DNA from: a virus | Taxonomy: Duplodnaviria > Caudoviricetes | Strand: one strand, 5' to 3' | Virus record (IMG/VR): IMGVR_UViG_3300032087_004307 | Coordinates: 1,738-65,737 of that record | Length of the DNA stretch: 64,000 bases | Part shown: one piece after another, positions 30,404-40,110 of the stretch | Layout of the letters: each line of letters starts with the position of its first letter | Numbering within the stretch: position 1 is the stretch's first letter | Notes under the pieces: model-generated | Told to the model about the DNA's origin: nothing | Seen by the model: the letters and a program-made list of their open reading frames with translations, nothing else | Database searches by the model: none | Program-made: the position numbers and the translations under genes

Positions 30404-31009
30404 GTGAAAAATGCAATCTACTTACATGGCGCAAATGCCAGCCCAGAAAACTTTAATTATTTTACTTTGAAGTTGCCTGAGCATAAATTTATGGCTCCAG
30501 CATATGATATGGAGGACGATCCGTTTGATATTGTAGAAATATTAAGGATTCGTAAAGAAAGAGAGTTTGGTAAAGAGCCAGTAGTGGTTGTGGGGCATAG
30601 TTTTGGTGGTTTAATTGCTAGTTGGTATGCTAGTGTATACCCTAGGCGTGTTAAACACTTAGTTACTATTGCTACACCTTGGGAGGGCACACCAGTCGCT
30701 AGAATATTTGGTATGTTCTTTAAAGGAAAAGTTTTCCAAAATACAAAACCAGGTGCAGAAGTACTATCATTATTACAGGAAAAGAATTTTAATGGTAAGC
30801 ATACTAATATCATATGTACTAGAGGTTCTAATCCTGTTGCAGGGCTAGGTGGTAAAGCAAACGATGGTATGATATCTTGTGATAGTCAGGGTGCAACACC
30901 GCCTGGGTTTAAGAACACTCAAAACATCACAATAGAAGCAGGTCACAGTGAAGTTTTGTTAAATAATACTGTAACAGACCTATTACAGAATATAATTTTC
31001 GAGGAATAA
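30404..31009 (+). CDS. Alpha/beta hydrolase (lipase/esterase-like)
   Basis: YLHG oxyanion motif, GHSFGG nucleophile elbow, IATPWEGT, NDGMI (Asp), AGHSE (His). Confidence 0.85.
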   Translation: MKNAIYLHGANASPENFNYFTLKLPEHKFMAPAYDMEDDPFDIVEILRIRKEREFGKEPVVVVGHSFGGLIASWYASVYPRRVKHLVTIATPWEGTPVARIFGMFFKGKVFQNTKPGAEVLSLLQEKNFNGKHTNIICTRGSNPVAGLGGKANDGMISCDSQGATPPGFKNTQNITIEAGHSEVLLNNTVTDLLQNIIFEE

Positions 31010-31010
31010 A

Positions 31011-31205
31011 ATGGCCGAAGTTTCCACATTAAATAATACATTAGAAGAAGAACTAAGAATTATGTTAGTTGAAAAAAATAACGAGTGTGCGTCTTTAAGA
31101 GCTCATATTGAATTACTAGAAAAAGCAGTTGCTGAAGAACAAGAACAAAAATACAGGTTACTTGTTGAAAATGCTGATCTTAAAAAACTGATAAAAAATA
31201 ATTAA
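31011..31205 (+). CDS. Small coiled-coil hypothetical protein
   Basis: GAGGA SD upstream; heptad-like Leu/Glu pattern. Confidence 0.6.
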   Translation: MAEVSTLNNTLEEELRIMLVEKNNECASLRAHIELLEKAVAEEQEQKYRLLVENADLKKLIKNN

Positions 31206-33982
31206 TTTACTCTATAACCTAATTCTACATATTTGCGATCTTTAGCAAATTTTAGCATCGCTCTAAGTTGGCCAAAGGATAGATTTTTATCTATTTTGTC
31301 AATCCCCATTTCAGCATGAGTTAATTTAAGCCAGTCAGGTGTTGTAAATAACTCTATTTCATACTCACGTCTTTGAACATAGTCTTGTCTAACTTGTACT
31401 AAACTTTCAGAACCAACTTTTCCTGTTCTCCAACGTTTCATATATTTTGGAACTTCTGCATAATTACCTTTATTAAGTTCTACAAGTAATTCGCTATTTG
31501 CAAAATTATTAATACCTATATGTGTAGCAAAACTTACTAATGCAAGAGTTTGGTTTTCACTAATAGGTACTGTAATAAGTTGGGATATCTCTCTTTTAGC
31601 ATAATTTAAATCACTTACTAATGCCATTTGTTGCCCTGCAGGACCTATACCATTAGATACATCAATTACTTTTGTGCCAGTTTTTCTATCTGTGAAGATT
31701 AAACTAGGTCCATCTACAGTCAAGTCTACCCCTTTCTTTTCTAACTCTGCTTTAACTATAGGGAAATTAGTTCCATTAATTCCCATTGAACCCATAGGAT
31801 AACCACTTACAGGGTCTATGGCGTCTCTTGGATCTAGGCTTTTTAATTTATCAGCATGAGTTTTTAGATCTCCTAATTTGCCTTGTAATCCTTCTGCTTT
31901 GTTAATAACATCGGTAGCAGTATTTACAGCATCCATCACTTTGCCTTTTAATGCACTTACATCTAAACCTTCTATGTCTATTGGTAAATCGAACATGTCT
32001 AAACTAAACTGTCCTATTCTGGCTTCTATCTCTTTTAATTGTTTAGCCATACCTATGATTTTATCTGCTTTTGCATTTGCTGTAGGGAACCTAAATGCAG
32101 GAATGGCTATACCCATTGCCGCCATAAGCCCACTCATATTATTAATACTTGCTAAATTTTGTAAACTTGCAGGTAAAAAATTACTGATCATTCCTTGTAA
32201 ATCAGCCATATTAGGTATCATACTTGTGATATCTCCTATAGCATTACCTAAGGCCGCTCCTGCACTATCTAATCCATTTCCTATTGCGTTTGCAACATCT
32301 GTTGCTGTGCCAACAGCACCACTAACTGGGTCTTTAAACCCATTTCCAAGTTTTGTTCCCTCTGGAGTATTAACTTCTGCAGGATTATCATCACCAGGGC
32401 TTGTTTGTCCTGGAAGAGCTTCAGCATCTGCTGTTGCGTCTTCTTCCATTGAATCTTGATCTTCAGTAGTAGGATCGTATTGAGAGTGTCCTACATATGG
32501 CTCTGCTGTTAGCAATGTTCCAACAATGGTTGATATCTTTTGTTTGTTTCCAGGTCTTTTTCCACCACTTGTTAAAGCAACATCACCTTCCCTGTCGTAT
32601 TCTGGTGCATCACTTGATTGATCTTCTACCTCATTTCCGTCTAACGAGTCTGCAGAAATTTTATTTGCTTCTAATCCTGTTAATAATGGTGCCGGCCCTG
32701 TGTTTAAATTTATTATTCCACCTGAAATGCCTGTTAATGGCGATGTAATACCTACACTAGGAGCACCTATACCAACAATTCCTGCAACTGCTTTGATATC
32801 CACACCCACTGTTGTGGATGTAATTGATGTCGCTGTACCACTTGCTGTCTTTAGCATGTTACCACAATTAATATCTATGTCGCCACCTATAGCAGATAAT
32901 TGAGCATTACGAGTTGCCAACATTCCTATATCTGCGGCCGCATGTAAATTAATTTTACCACCTGAACCTAATGGCGGCATACCAATTTTACTGAGTTTAG
33001 AACCTTTATAGTCTCCTCCGATATTATCACCTGCGGCTTTTATTCTTACATTTTGTCCTGCTTCTATATTAACATCATAATCAGCACGAAGATTAAAGTT
33101 CTTTTTGGCTCTTAGGTTAATATCACCTTCACCAAAAACATTTATATTACCCATCATGTCTATTTCAAGCCAGCCTCTGCCGTCTTTATTAATCATGTAG
33201 ATAGTGCCTGTGACGTCGTCTAACAGTATTTGTTGTCCTTTACCACTCCTAAGTCTTATCATTGCAGAGTCAGGATGGTCGTCCATAATAAATTGATGTC
33301 CTGCGTAAACAGGAGTTATCCCATCTTTGCCTCTAGCACCTTTTGTTAAAATACCAGTAACCATGCTGGGAGTTTCTCTCCTAGCACCTGATGTTCCAAC
33401 ACCTCGTATAGTGTCGTTTATAAGGCCTTGTTTTGTGACTGCTTCTGCTAAATCATGATGTATAGGGCTAAGGATATCGTTAAACCCTTGTTGTTCAGAA
33501 TATTTATTTTTTTCTGCTACAGGTGTTTTAAACTTTCCGCCTTGAAAACTTTTTCCTGCTGGAATACCAGGTAACATATTGTTAAATTGATCAGGTAAAA
33601 CATGACTTATTACATATCCATATTTCCTATTACCTTCTGCAAAGGCAACTAGTACCTGACTACCAACATCTGGTGGAGAGAACCACATTCCATAACTTTG
33701 TTGTGTATTCTCAAATTTTTCTGTTTCATCTGGTTTTACATTCTTTGTGTTAGATATACCACCAAATGGAGTTGAAAATTTTACCTTTTTAATTGTTTTA
33801 ACTTTACTACCCGATGTTTTATGTAGCCCAGGAATTTCTACCAATAAGGAACCATTTAAAAACTCGTCTTTATTATTAATAACAGTAGCCAAATATATAC
33901 CGTTATCTATATCTGCATCTTTGTTAAAGTCAGGCTGATGATAACTGTCTGTTAATTTACCTGATTTGTTTATGCCAGCCAT
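31202..33982 (-). CDS. gp5: Baseplate central spike, gp5/VgrG-like, with C-terminal lysozyme-like domain
   Basis: OB-fold YGMWFSPPDVGSQVLVAF, GHQFIMDD, beta-helix repeats, C-terminal NQxxALVSF..IG...RRExExxLF (GH24 C-lobe). Confidence 0.8.
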   Translation of the reverse strand: MAGINKSGKLTDSYHQPDFNKDADIDNGIYLATVINNKDEFLNGSLLVEIPGLHKTSGSKVKTIKKVKFSTPFGGISNTKNVKPDETEKFENTQQSYGMWFSPPDVGSQVLVAFAEGNRKYGYVISHVLPDQFNNMLPGIPAGKSFQGGKFKTPVAEKNKYSEQQGFNDILSPIHHDLAEAVTKQGLINDTIRGVGTSGARRETPSMVTGILTKGARGKDGITPVYAGHQFIMDDHPDSAMIRLRSGKGQQILLDDVTGTIYMINKDGRGWLEIDMMGNINVFGEGDINLRAKKNFNLRADYDVNIEAGQNVRIKAAGDNIGGDYKGSKLSKIGMPPLGSGGKINLHAAADIGMLATRNAQLSAIGGDIDINCGNMLKTASGTATSITSTTVGVDIKAVAGIVGIGAPSVGITSPLTGISGGIINLNTGPAPLLTGLEANKISADSLDGNEVEDQSSDAPEYDREGDVALTSGGKRPGNKQKISTIVGTLLTAEPYVGHSQYDPTTEDQDSMEEDATADAEALPGQTSPGDDNPAEVNTPEGTKLGNGFKDPVSGAVGTATDVANAIGNGLDSAGAALGNAIGDITSMIPNMADLQGMISNFLPASLQNLASINNMSGLMAAMGIAIPAFRFPTANAKADKIIGMAKQLKEIEARIGQFSLDMFDLPIDIEGLDVSALKGKVMDAVNTATDVINKAEGLQGKLGDLKTHADKLKSLDPRDAIDPVSGYPMGSMGINGTNFPIVKAELEKKGVDLTVDGPSLIFTDRKTGTKVIDVSNGIGPAGQQMALVSDLNYAKREISQLITVPISENQTLALVSFATHIGINNFANSELLVELNKGNYAEVPKYMKRWRTGKVGSESLVQVRQDYVQRREYEIELFTTPDWLKLTHAEMGIDKIDKNLSFGQLRAMLKFAKDRKYVELGYRVN

Positions 33983-36801
33983 TATGTATTACCCTTCTCG
34001 TTTTTTTTGGAAATATAAGCATCATATTGTGCTTGTGTAATTCTGCCTTCTTTAAGTAAGTCTTCTGCTGTTTTTCCTTTATTAACACCGTTTGCTAATG
34101 CCCCTTCAACATATATATGATCTCTATTTTCTGGTGTGGAATCATCTGACTCTGTATTAACTCCATCTTGTTTTTGGGCACTTCTAGTATTTCTAAAACC
34201 GTCTACATAACTAAATTTGTCTTTCTGTCGGTCTATGTTAGTTAAACTAATTGCTGTTTCTTTTATACCTTCTACGTCTATTTTATATTCTCCGTTATTC
34301 AAACTATGTACAACCTTTTTTACCTGATATATTCCTGAAATAAAATAGGATGTACCATCACCTTCTTTTATCCACAGTCCTGTGTTATTGTCTTCATTTT
34401 CTACATCTGGGTCAAAAAGCCTAGGAGAATTTAAACTAAACAGGAAGAAATTATCTACACTTGTTGTTAGATAGTTATCACCATCCTCTGATGTTTCTTT
34501 AACAGTTTCGGCGGATTGTCCTGGTGTTTGTTTATCTCCAGTTTTATGAACAGGTTTTCCTAACCACCAAGGGTCTCCCCTTAATTGCATATTTAATTTC
34601 ATTAAAAAATCTTGTGCTTGGTGTTGATCATAAAGATATGTAAATAAGTTGTTTTTAATACCTTTTGTAGTACCCACATTTGCAAAACCCTGCTTATGTA
34701 AATACTCTTTTCTTTGTGCCACACCTGTGGGATTTTCTTCCTTGCTTGTCTCATCTTTACTTGTTCTTGTCTCTTTTATTTTTTGGCCACTTGCAGTAAG
34801 TTGCTCTGCATACTTAGTATTACCTATAAGATCACCACCATATACAAAACCAGACGTTGAAGGGCTAAATTCTTCACTTTGTGTGACTACATTTGCCTGA
34901 GAACTTGCTGATTTTTTTGCGGTTAAATTATCTGCTACAGCCTGTGCTGTTGCCTGAGTAGACAAAACTTCCTGTAATTTTTGTGCGGCTGTGCCGGCAG
35001 TATCTTGTATTAAATTTTTTATTTCTGATTGAGTAAAGTTTGCCGCATTTCCTAAATCATTTAAAAATTGTTCGCCTTTCTTTAGGTCGTCTTTTAACTC
35101 TTTAAGTTGATCAAAAAAGTTTCCTTTTTTATCCTGTGATGCTTTTAGTAATTTATCTACACCTTTTGTTTCTAAATCTTCATTTTTATTAACTGGTGCT
35201 GGATTCATTATATGCGATGCATTTAAACTTACATCTCCTAACATACCTCTATCAGGCGGCAATAATAATGCAATACCATTATTATAACTTAGATCACAAC
35301 TTAATATTTGATCGTTTCTACCTGTAAATATATACTCATAGGCCTTTTTTATTTTCATTTGATTAACACGTTGGCCTGTTTCTGTAACTGTTAGGTTATT
35401 ATTTTTATCTACTTCTTCTGAAAATACAGCAATGTCAGTTCTGTCTGTTAAAAATGTTCTGGGTATTATGTGTGCTTTTTTCTGATAATGTTTATGTTTT
35501 TCATCATAGCCTAAATATTCTACACTACCTGAAAAATTATACCACATAATTTGTTTTGTTGCATCTACATCTTCTACACTTCTTTCTGCTGTAGGCTCTA
35601 GCTCTGTTCTTATTGTTTTGCTCATGAATTCTTTATTCATGGAAAGAATAATTCCTAACACTCTATCCATCGATATGCCTTCTTTAAGTGTAACTGAGAT
35701 AGCATTAGTTTCTGGATTTTTGTTAATTGATGTTCCTTCTTTAGATTTTATGGGTCCTTCTGATTCTTCCCTAGCCGCGTCAACATCTTCCGCTTCAGTA
35801 ACTGCAACATCAATAACCTTACTTAATACTTCTGTATCTTGTATATCTAAACTCTGATCTTGTATATCCAGGCCTGGCACATTTTTACTTGCTTTTTGTT
35901 CACCATTTTTTGATTCTGTAGTTTTATTCTCTAACCCAAAACTTATTCTTTCTGGCAAGTCTTCTTTTTCATTATAATTATTAATCTGAGTTTCCAAGTC
36001 TGACAACATTTCATATATTGTAGAACCTGTGATATCTATCATTGTTCTAGTTCTAAAAAATGCATCTGCCGTGTAACTATCGTCCTTTACTACAGTTTCA
36101 AAGTCATATGTAGAACCGCTCTCGTCGATGTTCATACTGAAATTTTTAAGTAACAACTGATAAACATATGGCCCTGCGGCTGTTATAAATCCGCCACCTG
36201 CTTCAGAATTCCAATTGTCTATATTTTCGTCTGATTCTTTTCTGCCTCTCCATGTTATTTCTAAAAATAATGGACAGTCCATTGCATCAGGTGGAGCACC
36301 CAAAAAAGTTCTTGCCCTAACTATTTGATCTGGAAAGTCTGCGGCGTTAGGCTGTGTAATTGTGAAATTAACTGTTGAAGCGGCTGTACCACTTCCACCA
36401 GGAACTGTTACTATTTCCAAGCCATCTATGCCAACTTCTGTAACACCTGTTTGTGCTAATACTACTGTATTTTCTGGTAGATCATCTACAGAGTTATTTA
36501 AATATCCTCTTCCAGAAGTTGTTAGTGTTCCTTTTTCTGCTTGATCTTTTCTTGATTCTTCGCCGCCAGTTTCTTCAGTATTTTGTTCTGGTGTTGCTTC
36601 GCTACCTGGAGTACCGTTTTTTGATCCTGGACCAATCATGTATAGTTTTAAATTGTACTGTGGTAAATCATATCTATCTAATTGGTTACCTAATATTTCA
36701 CCAACAAATTCATTTATAATTTTAGGAGCACTTTGTTCTGAGGGTACAGTTTCTTTTTTAGGTACACCGCCGTGATATCCCATTTCTTCTGGTAATGGCA
36801 T
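33982..36801 (-). CDS. Baseplate hub/tail protein (gp27/gp44-like)
   Basis: YEYIFTGRNDQIL, LRGDPWWL, SGIYQVKKVVHSLNNGEY; position between gp53-like and gp5-like genes. Confidence 0.6.
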   Translation of the reverse strand: MPLPEEMGYHGGVPKKETVPSEQSAPKIINEFVGEILGNQLDRYDLPQYNLKLYMIGPGSKNGTPGSEATPEQNTEETGGEESRKDQAEKGTLTTSGRGYLNNSVDDLPENTVVLAQTGVTEVGIDGLEIVTVPGGSGTAASTVNFTITQPNAADFPDQIVRARTFLGAPPDAMDCPLFLEITWRGRKESDENIDNWNSEAGGGFITAAGPYVYQLLLKNFSMNIDESGSTYDFETVVKDDSYTADAFFRTRTMIDITGSTIYEMLSDLETQINNYNEKEDLPERISFGLENKTTESKNGEQKASKNVPGLDIQDQSLDIQDTEVLSKVIDVAVTEAEDVDAAREESEGPIKSKEGTSINKNPETNAISVTLKEGISMDRVLGIILSMNKEFMSKTIRTELEPTAERSVEDVDATKQIMWYNFSGSVEYLGYDEKHKHYQKKAHIIPRTFLTDRTDIAVFSEEVDKNNNLTVTETGQRVNQMKIKKAYEYIFTGRNDQILSCDLSYNNGIALLLPPDRGMLGDVSLNASHIMNPAPVNKNEDLETKGVDKLLKASQDKKGNFFDQLKELKDDLKKGEQFLNDLGNAANFTQSEIKNLIQDTAGTAAQKLQEVLSTQATAQAVADNLTAKKSASSQANVVTQSEEFSPSTSGFVYGGDLIGNTKYAEQLTASGQKIKETRTSKDETSKEENPTGVAQRKEYLHKQGFANVGTTKGIKNNLFTYLYDQHQAQDFLMKLNMQLRGDPWWLGKPVHKTGDKQTPGQSAETVKETSEDGDNYLTTSVDNFFLFSLNSPRLFDPDVENEDNNTGLWIKEGDGTSYFISGIYQVKKVVHSLNNGEYKIDVEGIKETAISLTNIDRQKDKFSYVDGFRNTRSAQKQDGVNTESDDSTPENRDHIYVEGALANGVNKGKTAEDLLKEGRITQAQYDAYISKKNEKGNT

Positions 36802-36802
36802 A

Positions 36803-37105
36803 TTAACCTCCTGTAACTGCGTTTACGGATTCCATAGATGGTAATTTAATTACTATGCCTGCTTTAAAATCCCTGATTGGATCTTTTAAAATATCTGGAT
36901 TCCTTAATGCGAATACCCACCATAATGATGTCGCACCATAAACTTTATGGGCTAGTATGTCAGGTCTTCCTGCAACATCTGTTCCTATTTCATATTCTTC
37001 ATCATATATGCCTTTAGGCATTTTAGGCAGGTTATTTACGTCTAAAAAATTGTCGTATGTTCCTGCATTTTTAAGAAAACTATTTGAACTGTGAAATTTT
37101 GCCAT
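36803..37105 (-). CDS. gp53: Baseplate wedge protein, gp53/LysM-like
   Basis: RPDILAHKVYGATSLWWVFALRN...IKLP. Confidence 0.8.
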   Translation of the reverse strand: MAKFHSSNSFLKNAGTYDNFLDVNNLPKMPKGIYDEEYEIGTDVAGRPDILAHKVYGATSLWWVFALRNPDILKDPIRDFKAGIVIKLPSMESVNAVTGG

Positions 37106-38046
37106 TATATAAATCCGTCTGAGTATGCTTGTCCTGATGTAAGTCCAGTTATGTCAAATCTCTTTCTGAGCTTCTGTGGTGTGTAATTTACTGACAAGTT
37201 AATTGAAACTAATGCGGCCGTAGGCACATAAGTTACTGTATCTTTAGCACCCATTTTATAATGTACAGGCACATAGTCTACATCTTCCCCATATTGAATG
37301 GAATAATCTTTTACTATAACAGGAACTTTATTAAAACCATGCTCACCCAAGTATTCAAATAATAATACTGGAGGTGGTGTCCCTGCAACACCTTGTGCTA
37401 CAGCAGAATCTCCTGAAAAACTTTTTGTTATAACTTTTAAAAAACTAAACACGGCCAGCATGTATCTGGCTTCATCAATATCGTTTGCTGTAAATTCTGA
37501 AGCAATAGGTAGTTCTGGTGGTCTGCTATTAATATATGAATGTATTGGATAATTCATACCCTGCAATTCATGTATATTATAATTAGCACCTGCTGATACG
37601 AAAATTTGAGGAGTATATTGCCAAATAAGACCCCCTGAATCTATAATTGGTTGTAATATGTTTGTGCCACTTAATGCACCGTCTTTTGCGTATGCTTGTC
37701 CATATACATAGGCGGCTCCTCCGGCTTTGGGTCTTAATCTTGCTCTCCAATCGTAATTTTCTTGTACTTTACTTGCTGATCCTTCTTTGCCCAATGCACC
37801 AAATTGTTCGCTTTGTTGTTGTAATTCTCCTCTTAATTGGAGTTCACTTAAATTTCTAGCACCAAAAAGTAAATTTTGGTCTGGATTTCTTGGAGGATTA
37901 CTTAGTCCTGGTAAAAATTCTCCTAGAGGACTTGCTCCTAGCAAATTGCCTGCTAGTCTTCTTGCCACAGGATTCTTTATACCACCAATTTTTTGGTTGG
38001 CTAAATTTCCTAAATAACCCTGTGCGATGTTTTTTAAAAAGTCCAT
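37105..38046 (-). CDS. Baseplate tail-tube initiator/cap (gp48/gp54-like)
   Basis: YTPQI, GTPPPVLLF...VPVIVKDYSI; position in the baseplate operon. Confidence 0.6.
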   Translation of the reverse strand: MDFLKNIAQGYLGNLANQKIGGIKNPVARRLAGNLLGASPLGEFLPGLSNPPRNPDQNLLFGARNLSELQLRGELQQQSEQFGALGKEGSASKVQENYDWRARLRPKAGGAAYVYGQAYAKDGALSGTNILQPIIDSGGLIWQYTPQIFVSAGANYNIHELQGMNYPIHSYINSRPPELPIASEFTANDIDEARYMLAVFSFLKVITKSFSGDSAVAQGVAGTPPPVLLFEYLGEHGFNKVPVIVKDYSIQYGEDVDYVPVHYKMGAKDTVTYVPTAALVSINLSVNYTPQKLRKRFDITGLTSGQAYSDGFI

Positions 38047-38065
38047 ATATTCATCCTAATACTTC

Positions 38066-38073
38066 TATTTATC
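38066..38073 (-). promoter_or_regulatory. Late promoter GATAAATA heading the baseplate operon
   Basis: 19 nt upstream of ATG 38046, AGGA SD in between. Confidence 0.7.
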
Positions 38074-38144
38074 AGTTTTATTAAAGCATGTTATAATATT
38101 TCCTATAAACATTTCCAGTTTTCACTTATTGTGGTAAATATTAA

Positions 38145-38172
38145 TTGACAATACACTAGAACTGTGTATAAT
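38145..38172 (+). promoter_or_regulatory. Sigma70 promoter TTGACA-N16-TATAAT for gp55-gp47-gp46
   Basis: Perfect -35 and -10 hexamers; GAGGAG SD before ATG 38215. Confidence 0.8.
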
Positions 38173-38214
38173 ACTAACAATATAAATGAATTATAATTTT
38201 GAGGAGAGTTATTA

Positions 38215-39084
38215 ATGGCACAGCCTAAAAAAGTAAATTATCTTAACAACAAAGATATCCTAAAAGAAATCCATAAAAGTAAAATGACATACTGCTGGTT
38301 AGCAGATGAAAAGTATCATGGGTTTGATATTATACTGGAAGATATAAAAAAGATTAACAGAAATAGTATAAAAGCCGCAAGAGAAAATAAAGCCGCAAGA
38401 ATGCAGTATGATGCATATCAGGCCGCAATGGCATTACATGATCCTAAAGATTACAGAAATAAACCTAAACAAAAAGAGTTCGCTGTAGAGCCTAAAAGCA
38501 TAGACAAGGAAGACTTAATTTTCCGTGTAATGACTATGGAACATATTCCGCTCGAGCCAGGCAGAAAAAAGAATCCTAGGAATGAAGCAGAAACAAAAGC
38601 AAAGGTAAATTTTCCTCCTTTTAAACATTACGCATACGTTGGTGATGAGTTAAAGGAAGTAGCAAGAAGTCATTGGGAAGGTGGATTAGGTAATGGACAC
38701 TTTAATCCAGAACATGGAAAAATCACAAACAAACTAGGAACTATGTTTTTAAAACTAGTTGAAAGATATTCACACAGAGGTAACTGGAGAGGATATACTT
38801 ATGTAGACGAAATGCGTGGACAGGCATTACTGCAATTAAGTTATATTGGACTACAGTTTAATGAGCAAAAATCAGACAATCCATTTGCTTATTACACAGC
38901 CGCCGTTAATAATAGTTTTACAAGAGTACTTAACTTGGAAAAAAGAAACCAAACAATCAGAGATGATATTCTGATTGAGCAAGGGCATTTACCAAGTTAT
39001 GGAAGGCAGATTCAACATCAGAACGAATTGCGTGAGCTTCGTGAAGCCGCAGAACGAAGCCAAAATTCAGATATTAACGATTAA
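38215..39084 (+). CDS. gp55: Late-transcription sigma factor, gp55-like
   Basis: NYLNNKDILKEI, NWRGYTYVDEM, FNEQKSDNPFAYYT...NSF; adjacent to gp47/gp46 as in T4-like phages. Confidence 0.85.
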   Translation: MAQPKKVNYLNNKDILKEIHKSKMTYCWLADEKYHGFDIILEDIKKINRNSIKAARENKAARMQYDAYQAAMALHDPKDYRNKPKQKEFAVEPKSIDKEDLIFRVMTMEHIPLEPGRKKNPRNEAETKAKVNFPPFKHYAYVGDELKEVARSHWEGGLGNGHFNPEHGKITNKLGTMFLKLVERYSHRGNWRGYTYVDEMRGQALLQLSYIGLQFNEQKSDNPFAYYTAAVNNSFTRVLNLEKRNQTIRDDILIEQGHLPSYGRQIQHQNELRELREAAERSQNSDIND

Positions 39085-39090
39085 TTTTTT

Positions 39091-40110
39091 ATGAGCCAAC
39101 TGTTTAAGACAGCGGCTTGCTTTACGGATATTCATTACGGATTAAAGCAGAACAGCCGTTTACACATACAAGACTGCCACAGGTACATAGACTGGTTTAT
39201 TGCTGAAGCAAAGGCCAGAAATGCAGAAACCTGTATATTCCTTGGTGATTGGAATCATCACAGAGCAAGTATTAGTGTTGCAACTATGAATGCGTCTATT
39301 CAAGACTTTAAAAAATTAAATGATGCATTTGAAACTGTTTACTTTATAACAGGCAACCATGACTTATACTATAAAGACAAACGTGAACTTAACAGTATAG
39401 AGTATGCCAGAGACATGTCTAACTTTGTAATGGTGGATGAGCATTTTTTACAAGATGATGTAGCAATCATACCTTGGCTTGTAGGTGACGAATATAAACA
39501 AGTTGCAAAAATGCAAGTTAAGTACATGTTTGGGCATTTTGAATTACCATACTTTAAAATGAATGCAATGGTAGAAATGCCAGATCATGGCGGGGGCATA
39601 AACGACAAAATGCTAGGCGGTCCAGAGTATGTGTTTAGTGGTCACTTTCACAAAAGGCAGTTTAAAAATAATATTCATTATATTGGAAATGCTTTCCCAC
39701 ACAATTACGCAGATGTAGACGACAATGAACGTGGTGCTATGTTCCTTACATGGGGAGAAGAGCCGCAATATGTAAACTGGGCAGAGTGTCCAAAATATAA
39801 AAGATTTACATTAAAAGAACTTTTAGACGATCATCAAAATTTATTAGATGAATACACTTATGCCAGAGTATCTCTAGACGTAAGTATTAGTTATGAAGAA
39901 GCAAACTTTGTAAGAGAGAAATTTGCAGAGCAATATGGGGTAAGAGAACTACAACTTATTCCAATAAAAGAAGAAGAAGAATTTGAAGGCGGTGAAATAC
40001 AATTTGAAAGTGTAGATCAAATTGTACTAGCCCAACTAGATACTATAGACAGTAATACAATATCTAAAGAAGTATTAGTTGACATATATAACAGCATAGA
40101 AACCCAATAA
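39091..40110 (+). CDS. gp47: Recombination nuclease (Mre11/SbcD-like)
   Basis: DIH, LGDW, GNHD, GHF, SGHFH metallophosphoesterase motifs. Confidence 0.92.
   Translation: MSQLFKTAACFTDIHYGLKQNSRLHIQDCHRYIDWFIAEAKARNAETCIFLGDWNHHRASISVATMNASIQDFKKLNDAFETVYFITGNHDLYYKDKRELNSIEYARDMSNFVMVDEHFLQDDVAIIPWLVGDEYKQVAKMQVKYMFGHFELPYFKMNAMVEMPDHGGGINDKMLGGPEYVFSGHFHKRQFKNNIHYIGNAFPHNYADVDDNERGAMFLTWGEEPQYVNWAECPKYKRFTLKELLDDHQNLLDEYTYARVSLDVSISYEEANFVREKFAEQYGVRELQLIPIKEEEEFEGGEIQFESVDQIVLAQLDTIDSNTISKEVLVDIYNSIETQ

Noticed and set aside
38371-38400. 12-bp direct repeat aaagccgcaaga in gp55
   Set aside because: Short in-frame duplication (KAAR twice); no sign of regulatory or mobile function
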